Source: a virus. Taken from it: DNA of 64,000 bases. Positions 58,301 through 64,000 of the stretch are shown here, in pieces; the first letter of the stretch is position 1, and each line of letters starts with the position of its first letter. Under the pieces are notes generated by a model. It had not been told where the DNA came from. It worked only from the letters and a program-made list of their open reading frames with translations, and did no database searches. Both the position numbers and the translations under genes were made by a program. Location of the stretch: the IMG/VR virus record IMGVR_UViG_3300021602_000006, positions 6,490-70,489 of that record; one strand, given 5' to 3'.

Positions 58301-59654
58301 CCGCTTCTTGCCATACATTTGAACTATAGAACCATACTTGCCCTTTTAAGGCAGCGTCAAACGGTCCGTCTTCTGTAATAAAAACAATATCCCCTTCTAT
58401 TATAGGTGTTGCATAGGATGTATAAGGTATAAAAGTGACAATGCCTCCCGTAACAACTGTCTGAAATATATATTGATTTATAAATGCCGAACCGGTTTCC
58501 CAGCCGTGTATATCCCAGTTAAATTCGTCCCACATGTCGACAGATATTTCTGTATCGTCATTAAAGAAACTAACGAGTTCGCCACCTACTAGCTTTATAC
58601 CTAATACTAGATCAATATATACATCGGTTTGTCCATTATAATCGACTAATCGTAATGGATTGCCAGACCCATTATCTCTTAATCCGTAACTAATAGATGA
58701 TCTAAATTGTGTTCCCGATCCATACAATTCTAATCCTGCTATAAATTGTATGATAGGACGCAGTGCTCTGGTAGCATTAGTAGGTAAAGATGTTCCTGTT
58801 ACTGACATAGATGCAGTAATTGCATCTATGTGAAACCATTTATTTGTTCTTGACCACGAGTTTTTATCAGCAGAACCCCGCTCTATCGTTAAATAATCCC
58901 CCGAACCGGGTTGTGTCTGAGTATCCCACGAATTCCCGTCCCACAGTGCATTATTTATGACTCGGCCTGTAGATAAAGTTGTGGAACCGTCCCACGGTAA
59001 GTATTCAAATATAGTACCTGATGTAAAGTCAGGGAAAGGCGGGATGAGTTGAATTCCTGTACATCCGCCCATATTTTCTACTGTATGTGTTGATCCATAT
59101 ATCGGGTCGCCTAATATAATAATAGACATACCTGTCGTAATTGTTAGATTTAATGGAGTAGCACCTGGTATTTCCGATGTGTTAAAAGCCGGTTTGCCTA
59201 TTATATCAGCACTTGTCACGCCAGTTAATGTGATGGCTGGCAACCCTTGTTCAATCCAGTAATAGTTTTGATAATTAATAAACATATCATAATCTATTGG
59301 TGGGCCAAAACTATAATATTCTGACTCAAATAACCTATCTTGATTAAGAATGTTCCCGCCGTAATATTTGATTCTGTTTAACAGATCGTCATAAAAATAT
59401 ATATTTGATTTAGTTGTATCTTCAGTACGTGCAAAAGCCGTAGCTTCTAATTGCCACCAAGTCCTATCTTTGGATGGTTCTGGCAGATAAAAATCTGTGA
59501 CAGGATTATAGTCTCCTGCTATTCTGCGCCCTAAATATCCCGCTAATAAGTCACTATCTTTCTTTGAAAAGACTTGATCGAATGTTGCGTCGAAGAATTT
59601 CTTTTCAGTTACCGTTTGAAAAACGGCAGGAAGTTTTTTTATATATTGAGTCAT
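49356..59654 (-). CDS. Giant (3432 aa) baseplate/virion structural protein
   Basis: Directly downstream of the gp6-like gene; FYQGAIRQKGT, KPYHT motifs; repeated WD..WD. Confidence 0.75.
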   Translation of the reverse strand: MTQYIKKLPAVFQTVTEKKFFDATFDQVFSKKDSDLLAGYLGRRIAGDYNPVTDFYLPEPSKDRTWWQLEATAFARTEDTTKSNIYFYDDLLNRIKYYGGNILNQDRLFESEYYSFGPPIDYDMFINYQNYYWIEQGLPAITLTGVTSADIIGKPAFNTSEIPGATPLNLTITTGMSIIILGDPIYGSTHTVENMGGCTGIQLIPPFPDFTSGTIFEYLPWDGSTTLSTGRVINNALWDGNSWDTQTQPGSGDYLTIERGSADKNSWSRTNKWFHIDAITASMSVTGTSLPTNATRALRPIIQFIAGLELYGSGTQFRSSISYGLRDNGSGNPLRLVDYNGQTDVYIDLVLGIKLVGGELVSFFNDDTEISVDMWDEFNWDIHGWETGSAFINQYIFQTVVTGGIVTFIPYTSYATPIIEGDIVFITEDGPFDAALKGQVWFYSSNVWQEAVNDKISLNQAPLFQLYDHNGVGLNDPVTYPLSTFSGSKIFSYKINTSPGATTDPVLGFPIVYTGLGQSLDIVFQNNLMTNRYTYTQDSVSLPINGYYYYKIDGSTTLYNNWNLYQPCPCSNIDIPTPASCLATSKQRVIDKFVVGYGSEYQFKLSVTPYDYPGTGFEGLDILVFVNSTKVQNANETADGYTTEIINNNVYVDLTIYLTNLLSVTQSQPPVVEIYTYTQGLLDPLAPGYFEIPQQLDANPLQKEIFEISGSNLVEQFSSIIGNQIDEEGGYASETEEGNPEGANNYRDTRKNRSVGSFILQNLAPLTKTMLVSSSDDLDFIVSERFSQDEYTKFKNKYLRTALQLINQGFNPVQYHNNTIVISAWVEEILKITNISNEFSSAFAYSYMIANGSPRFSETQIVPLSGSITVTSYVDLSDPKNAMYIYDIDPITGAEELLVIGKDYEIVSSTIPIDIQVNADRIGNTLFIALYKNSLPAYIPSTPSKIGAYPTYLPRIEYDTSYAIPTHVIIGHDGSKTIAYSKYVGQVLVEKDYRDQLLLELEKRIYNLIQYKFRHQYYLPVRVEEVKSGYFRETRYSRQEYLDITESYLNKWCAKNRANYRANDWYSSSLVTPTNELWKLYNYTDAVIGLVPLLGAPAYFLPGNWKGIYQYYYDTCYPNTRPWEMLGFSEKPSWWNSQYGPGIVNPDGPALSNVWPNTPTYSLMWHDLEYGIIRQGPSAIYNPVTLLPQEQAIWARPGLSAIIPVDSTGQIIPIPALFDIAIASDTAPFTHFDKEWKYGDGSPVEQAWMSTSSYAFNIQEFLYLMKPASYGELMWDTSGTQISAGMLSVPGEDGPVMSNTNWQYVQNDTYTNSDPLFAWMRPKNSTQLVHAESVDNIIQVRYGYQRWISDRILFLGKDITSTFGQKIRTLDVNLANKLAGFTNKDTTNIYIESVSPNATTNSLIIPSTDFSVLLHKSPVVDTYSYSGVIVRALVDGTFAVYGYDLLNAEFITLDRSDSILIDVTIGGTPEPFLYFVAGSTYNAGDIVRYNGIYYLSLVTQTVQQFRTGSFEKLKSLPIKGGVSVIYKPVSSQTITKIPYGTVLKTSQAVFDFLIGWGAYLESRGWQFQDVNQDTNILNDWLTSAKQFLFWLNSSWAPDASIQLSPLSNKATLTVSRGYPNDVESLSNGVYSILDKFGVAMPPNNTTTDREGRTISVEPTSLASGGIYYLQVNTSETEHVIIIDNVTSFNDTVYIPLLRSRQQRIRFNGFRSNGWYGKMEAPGYLVLDNQLMPNFDTIVDNMRYYYDPNVTIDNPSLEDLGRHLIGYESKSYLDNLQVANDVQYLFYQGAIRQKGTKQAFEKLFRSTKIQSNEIIQVFEEWALRLSKFGNTIEQVSTEFILEPEQNTGDIIVARLNYVPSTLGTVKRINVLNAENIYTSVPKVVIGEPDAEPLPGWTDWDGSVNYAEKAVVMYPDIYSNKLYYSSNVADNQWNTPSSTSTYWTLTLTTRVAKAYIILNNLGKISRVDMTDNGAGYLKAPIIDLNSGSESHALDNLYAVWQGDIIKDAARDNIIDIDINDTALWTVRPADPAYSLVFPTTTNIDYPLPNAGYVNFNDVTWSSFDVTQTAVGWGTADLNPTENDTVWVAKNFVEDWSVYKMTNFNNNWSITKDNNNDLLLLTDYGVVSTLSINLAFGGIGANAVLEPVVDWSGRIVSVNIIEAGIDYTVADTIVAARATPGSLSDIDATFSITTGVVGEILTVTVLNPTTNSGYAPVANVTIIPQLWDSATGERTDFGNMISLQQVVNGKPIPANNYAVGILPYTTTDYNAPGTYTDPDTLITYNAYYITTLAGVPITNSDIGNYADFTNMLLFKTMRFAVSPDWGWPLDYIQLNEKIWVDDIAGKWNVSMWEPSGEWYALIPFRQQADLINTSLFESASIFGVLDNTEIIQLPIYDPFKNILPGPAKQNITYISPQDPASYNVTGDPTLFSENIIFAERQVGQLWWDLSSLKYVYYEQPIALDGSETETDNDIYRRDHWGQLFPGSTVAIYEWVKSSVPPALYTGTGIPRDTTTYVQYTSSNRFTNISQVNYYFWVLNTTDKPNVENRTMAALDVSSMLQSPKSQGFAFFCPIQQTSTNNSYMFYNVQSILAYKGNNVQIKYRLSERDDQEHAQWAFFREGDNTSIVTDQFWNKMVDSLCGYTQTFSTSDNMSAITIVRDMPWDIYGWDIVEQGEVFAIPDPMLSNSEKYGAEYRPRQSMFISLDNSRKVFVQSANSLLKYIPIRDNNPGWNSSVSSNNFWAYTNWYAIGYEDIIPTVVFQTLAEANTALTTSQLKVGDIVEVSNGTIDNRFILYAVVQLDAASPVLSLETVGIENSAIMLLDTLYTVKNLYNLSVELRELLNAFRTQIMIEQYLIDQNELFFSMINYVISEQKNPDWVFKSSYIYIKENNIPLTQDRLYVPDQINNIINFITDSKPYHTQVRDYTSAYVTSDLAPGGSSDGVLHIMVDGQPVAYPDPNALGIYPKLRSKIQFGPDWAGDIISPSSYILDGNTLAQIVDRSLTNGMDNVFTVELTTPDPSKKGYSQLYPYTFSLLTENNPQTFITPRDIVAVYKDSIILLYGQDYYVEYNDDSTYTVYFYNDPSGASSLVAFVWFDGGQLLIANNYVDRNETAIGNAVDDLVANADTKLPVNDISSILAPLTVAPYVGWGEIWDAVGDPVVSQILIDAGGTDSVPWDAPESSQDEYLMLLPNTISFKENTNVNTGQDFYRNADAFSGTLMNNIPIPTTLTENLDTIIVFVDPITHPITTHILPDPTLIPGVLWINGERIEYRLKTPDPILANTWELGLIRRGTNGTAPTVHIISDTVWVEKDNIMPITAEDTVWNAADPTADPTTEASYNDWAASPVPDPGPDDFSKIAYQPNTRVYYLGNNYSANELIHEFQNQYDPVTNSLMWTLVVDPAYTSITSTPLGGLWYAQTPEAIFLKEEMGKSIP

Positions 59655-59659
59655 GTATT

Positions 59660-62600
59660 TTATACTCTTAAATTAGCGTCTGTTAAATTAGCTACTATTG
59701 CCACATTATTGACTGTTGCGGTAGAAATAAATAATTCATTTGGGTTAGAAACTATCTCAAATAAATTGCCGAATAAAGAATTAGCACTGTTTGGTACAAT
59801 AACAACTGATGCTATAACTCTGGAAAGTTGTTGGTGTATAAATGCTGCCAATTCTGTATAAAAGAATTTTTCACCGAAATCCCAGTTTCTAATATCGAAA
59901 TATTGATCTATAGCAGTTATTACCATTGTCTTTACTTCATTATCACTAACCGACGACGAAGCCGATTTAACTACTTTGAATGTTGCTTGTAATTCGGTAG
60001 CCGCCTGTGGACCAAATAAAACTTTAAATGTTCCAGAATTCCATATCATAGAATCACTGACCATTTTATATTGATCTAAGTCTTGAAATTGTATTCTCAA
60101 TTCTTCTGTTGTAGGCGCTGCAGGAAGTGTTAGTGCAGATCCATTAGAATTCTTCCAAATAGTAACATCTCTATAATAACTGTCTGTTATGACAATCATA
60201 TCTATAATATTAGTTACCGAAGGATCTATTCTTTGATCTATTGGAGAATAATGACTCCATTTAAAGTATAACGGTAATTGCTCGAGCGTCGGTACTGTTG
60301 TATTCTGCGTGAATACTTTACCATTTTTATCGAAGTGATATGTATCCAAATAATTCTCTATGACATAACCTGTAGTGTAGCCTGTATCGGCTGTCGACGC
60401 GAATTGAAGTGCATAATAAACACCGAATCCCGGAGTACTAATAGAATAAAGTAAATAACTCTTAGATATAAAGTATGTAGATAGTATATTTGACTTATCG
60501 ATTATCTTATCTATACCGTTTAACCACGAATATGTAGTAGTATCATTATTAAAGAATGCTGTTAGCTGATTAGCAATAGTAATTGCAGGAGTAGACAGTG
60601 GGTCTGTATATTCTATTTGTAATAAATTATTTATGAACAATAGATCTGCCACATCCATATATACATATATGAATGACGGGTTCGATACTTTATATGTTCC
60701 CGGGTCCAATATATCTGAATTACTATATAATTGCATATTAGCTATATATGGTGCACTATATAAGGTTGTATCTGCCCCTGGACTTGCTATAGGAAAATAT
60801 ACATATAGATCACCTGTTGAATCTTGTAAATCTGTTTTCCACATAGATACCCACGGTCTAGTACTCTGGTAACCAGTCAAATCATTTGTATAATATTCGA
60901 ATACAACTCGGTCGTCTGGGCCTACAATATTATCAAATCCTGCAGGGTTATCTGCTATACCGTCACTATTGGAATCTACTAACGATACTTCTACTTTAGC
61001 ACTATCTTGCCAACCATCGTTCTGTATAAATACCCCGGATATATTAAATGAAATTTGCTTCCTTAGAAAAGAATCAACCGGGTTAACTATTATTGGTAAA
61101 TTATTATCTATGAGACTATTTGTATTAACGAACGGCATTATTTCTATAGAATCTCTTAAAGCCAGTCCAGTGGCATTATCGACAACAACTTGGTCTGGTT
61201 CCCAGTAGAATCTGACGTCTCTATAAGATTCAAATACATAAGTCCTACCTCTTGCTGTAAGATCATATACTGTCGTACCAGGTATACTACCACTTGAAAT
61301 ATTAATATATAATAATCCACCAGCAGAATTTAATGGCCAATTCGTAGTAGAATAAATCTGCGGTGTGCCTAATATAACATCGGCAGGAGCATATTCCCAG
61401 GGTTGATTTGACTGATCAGTTAATCCTGGTGTTGTCGCAGTCGATGTATGCCATATATCTTCTAATACATCATAATATAACCAAAAAGATATTCCTAAAG
61501 TAATAGCATCATCTATCTCTAATAATTCGGCATCAGTTAATTTATTTCTAAAAATTGGATATACCTTCATTGCTTGGTAATTTGTATTTTCTTCGATACC
61601 TAATTCTACAGGCCCGACATCTGCATAAGGATTCAACGGATTAATAATCGAAGGTACACCCGCCTCTACAACACTATTAACACCTGCAGAACTAGTCATT
61701 GTTACATCGGCGGGATTATTAAACACGAGTACAGCGCCCGATTTTATAAATCCCCATGGCTGATATGTTCCCGACGGAAAGTTATCGGAGTCAAAGGTAT
61801 TAACCAAAGGTACACCTGGATATGATATGGTTGCATTTGTTACAGTCCCTATACCGGTGGTAGTGCTGTTAAATGTTAAAATATTTGTAGATGAGCTGAC
61901 TACAGCATATGTATTATTATATGCCGCAGTGGTAGTGACACCCGATATCACCACATATGATGAAATAGGGATAGCTGCACCTACGTAATTAACTGTAACA
62001 ACAGAACCGCTGCCCGATATACTTGTAATAGATAAATTGGGTAATGCTGTATTAGTGAAATAGCCTGTACTATTTTTAAATTTTAAAGGCTGTGTCTTCC
62101 AATATAAGGGCAATTGAGAAGGATTATTTATTTCTAATATAGAATAACCATCGGGTGCTAATATCGTAGGATTAACTCTAATCTTGGCTTCAAACTGAGG
62201 CAAGTATTCATCATAGAAGAAAGTGTTTACCTTCGGATCTCGCAACATTGTCTGAATAGTGTCTGTAATTATTGTGTTGATTGTACCTATATTAGAATCG
62301 TCTTGAACAACTTCGGTCAGTACATTCTGGTTGTCTCTAAACAGAGCGCCGTCTTGGCCGAAGATAATTAAGTCTTTATGAAATCCTGTTGGATCATTTA
62401 AATCTATATATCTGCTCTGACCACTATAAGTTCTGTCAAGTGCCTTTATCTTTGTTATCTGATTACCATATATAAGAGGTAAAACATTATAGTCACTACC
62501 GTTAACCATACGAGATTGTGTAGAAAATACTTCGGGTGCTCGTAATTTAATTTGTTCATTAGTTTCGGATGCTGCTGCATTACCGATTGTTTGTTCTAAA

Positions 62601-63799
62601 TTAAAAACAATTCGTAATGTATATGATTGTTGATCTACACCGATATAGGGAATATTAATTTGTAAACCTTGTGCATCGTTCGGGCGAATAACAAGTGCTT
62701 GGTTAGCACTAATGCGTGTCCAAAATCTAAATAATCCAGTCGGCACATTACCGAAATTACCATCAGCAAATCTTATATTAACAGTATCATTGGCTCCAGA
62801 AAGCACATCAAATATATTTCTTTGTGCAAACTGGATACTATTATAGATAACATTTTCTCCTGCAAGTGCAGGAACTCTTAACCATTTATTAATTACGTTG
62901 CCGCTCTGATCTGTTTCCTGAACATATACATCTTCTTGATTAATATTTTGTATGTCGATAGGAAATAATCTATTAGGTACGGGAAAATCAAAATTTATAT
63001 CGGTATTAACTAAATTACCTTGTTTAAAATATAAAAAGAATCCTGTATTTGCAGATGAAACTCCTAAACTATCATTTCTATATATAAAATTAAATGCATT
63101 GGTGGGATCGGGATCTCTCTCAAAAATTGTTTGATTAGGAATAAAATCGGGGTTACATACATCTATCGGGTATTGCTGACCATTGATTGTAATAATTGTC
63201 GGATAAGTTACATTAAGTCGCGTTACATTATTCAGTTGGTATAAGTCGGTAGGAATACTACCTATCTGTCCACTCTTACTCGGACGTCCGAAAGGATTTG
63301 TCTGATTAAATGCAGCATTACAAATTTGTACAAATTGGTCAAACCAGTCTGGATTATTAGGATCATTCCAATAAATAGTATAATCATTAATATTCACACC
63401 ATTGGCATCTGTCAAAGGCTGATCAGTTTGTACTGCTGCAATCTTAAATAGGCCACTAGCGGGTATATTTCTCCTAGGAACATAATTTACCATTTGTGCT
63501 AAACGTATAATACTTTCTCTACGTTCAGCGGTGTCGATGAAGTTTTCTCTGCTATTTAAGTCTGTTCTAAATGCAAGACTTGTACCGAAATAAGCAAGTA
63601 ATTCAATAATAGCAATAAATTCCGAACTTTCAATATAGTCGTTGAAATCTTCAGGATAGTATGTCTGTACATAATTTATTAATGCTTGTTTTAAGGTGTC
63701 AAAATCATATGCCGTATAATCAATAAAGGAATACGCTTTGAATATTTTTTGGTAATCTTCACTGGCGAATAAATTAGAAGTTCTTGTTGATGCTGACAT
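59660..63799 (-). CDS. gp6: Baseplate wedge subunit, T4 gp6-like
   Basis: YDFDTLK..FNDYIESS..ENFIDTAERRES; FADGNFG; ETNEQIKLRAP..QSRMVNGSDY; WDFG. Confidence 0.85.
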   Translation of the reverse strand: MSASTRTSNLFASEDYQKIFKAYSFIDYTAYDFDTLKQALINYVQTYYPEDFNDYIESSEFIAIIELLAYFGTSLAFRTDLNSRENFIDTAERRESIIRLAQMVNYVPRRNIPASGLFKIAAVQTDQPLTDANGVNINDYTIYWNDPNNPDWFDQFVQICNAAFNQTNPFGRPSKSGQIGSIPTDLYQLNNVTRLNVTYPTIITINGQQYPIDVCNPDFIPNQTIFERDPDPTNAFNFIYRNDSLGVSSANTGFFLYFKQGNLVNTDINFDFPVPNRLFPIDIQNINQEDVYVQETDQSGNVINKWLRVPALAGENVIYNSIQFAQRNIFDVLSGANDTVNIRFADGNFGNVPTGLFRFWTRISANQALVIRPNDAQGLQINIPYIGVDQQSYTLRIVFNLEQTIGNAAASETNEQIKLRAPEVFSTQSRMVNGSDYNVLPLIYGNQITKIKALDRTYSGQSRYIDLNDPTGFHKDLIIFGQDGALFRDNQNVLTEVVQDDSNIGTINTIITDTIQTMLRDPKVNTFFYDEYLPQFEAKIRVNPTILAPDGYSILEINNPSQLPLYWKTQPLKFKNSTGYFTNTALPNLSITSISGSGSVVTVNYVGAAIPISSYVVISGVTTTAAYNNTYAVVSSSTNILTFNSTTTGIGTVTNATISYPGVPLVNTFDSDNFPSGTYQPWGFIKSGAVLVFNNPADVTMTSSAGVNSVVEAGVPSIINPLNPYADVGPVELGIEENTNYQAMKVYPIFRNKLTDAELLEIDDAITLGISFWLYYDVLEDIWHTSTATTPGLTDQSNQPWEYAPADVILGTPQIYSTTNWPLNSAGGLLYINISSGSIPGTTVYDLTARGRTYVFESYRDVRFYWEPDQVVVDNATGLALRDSIEIMPFVNTNSLIDNNLPIIVNPVDSFLRKQISFNISGVFIQNDGWQDSAKVEVSLVDSNSDGIADNPAGFDNIVGPDDRVVFEYYTNDLTGYQSTRPWVSMWKTDLQDSTGDLYVYFPIASPGADTTLYSAPYIANMQLYSNSDILDPGTYKVSNPSFIYVYMDVADLLFINNLLQIEYTDPLSTPAITIANQLTAFFNNDTTTYSWLNGIDKIIDKSNILSTYFISKSYLLYSISTPGFGVYYALQFASTADTGYTTGYVIENYLDTYHFDKNGKVFTQNTTVPTLEQLPLYFKWSHYSPIDQRIDPSVTNIIDMIVITDSYYRDVTIWKNSNGSALTLPAAPTTEELRIQFQDLDQYKMVSDSMIWNSGTFKVLFGPQAATELQATFKVVKSASSSVSDNEVKTMVITAIDQYFDIRNWDFGEKFFYTELAAFIHQQLSRVIASVVIVPNSANSLFGNLFEIVSNPNELFISTATVNNVAIVANLTDANLRV

Positions 63800-63833
63800 T
63801 ATATATTTCCTGATTTAAGGCGCATGTATTTCA

Positions 63834-64000
63834 TTAGAAAGATTCCTTATCGGTAAGAGAGAAGGATACAAATAGATTATCTGTTATAGATTCTGGAACA
63901 AATAATAAAACTAATGCAACTGTTAATGCTTGATCCTTTTGAAAAACATCTATTGATACAAACTGGACACGCGGGTCAGATTGCACTCTTACAGCATCTT
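63834..64000 (-). CDS. gp25: Baseplate wedge gp25-like protein (3' part only)
   Basis: ..VQSDPRVQFVSIDV.. immediately upstream of the gp6-like gene. Confidence 0.6.
   Translation of the reverse strand, partial: DAVRVQSDPRVQFVSIDVFQKDQALTVALVLLFVPESITDNLFVSFSLTDKESF

Noticed and set aside
1-64000. Stop-codon reassignment
   Set aside because: Long genes are intact in the standard code, and TAA, TAG and TGA all end genes at sensible overlaps.
1-64000. tRNA/tmRNA genes
   Set aside because: No cloverleaf with a T-loop GTTCRA found in intergenic DNA by eye; tRNAscan/ARAGORN would be decisive.

Overview
The window is a 64-kb segment of a large T4-related (jumbo myovirus-type) dsDNA phage genome in the standard genetic code, with two very different halves. 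(1) 1-~29,050 is an early/host-takeover region of about 75 small, mostly + strand ORFs. Nearly every gene or gene pair has its own copy of a cassette: sigma70 promoter (TTGACA-N17-TATAAT), leader ACACATCGCAACAA and RBS, about 45 copies by hand count. Several non-coding islands with iterons, 13-bp periodic repeats and candidate structured RNAs interrupt it. Towards 24-29 kb the DNA almost loses TC/CC and GA/GG dinucleotides. I found no TC or CC on the + strand from 26588 to 27297, and this constraint appears to have rewritten -35 boxes, RBSs and protein composition. This is the most striking signal in the window. (2) ~29,060-64,000 is more AT-rich. It holds a tandem-repeat junction, an array of 10 small paralogues ending in DAxxFKLKF, imm, a DEDDh exonuclease, two homing endonucleases and a glycosylation/modification cluster. 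A - strand tail/baseplate operon follows (gp25-like, gp6-like, a 3432-aa structural protein). No tRNA, rRNA, cas gene or integrase was recognised. All counts are by eye and all functional calls rest on motif recognition, not database searches.
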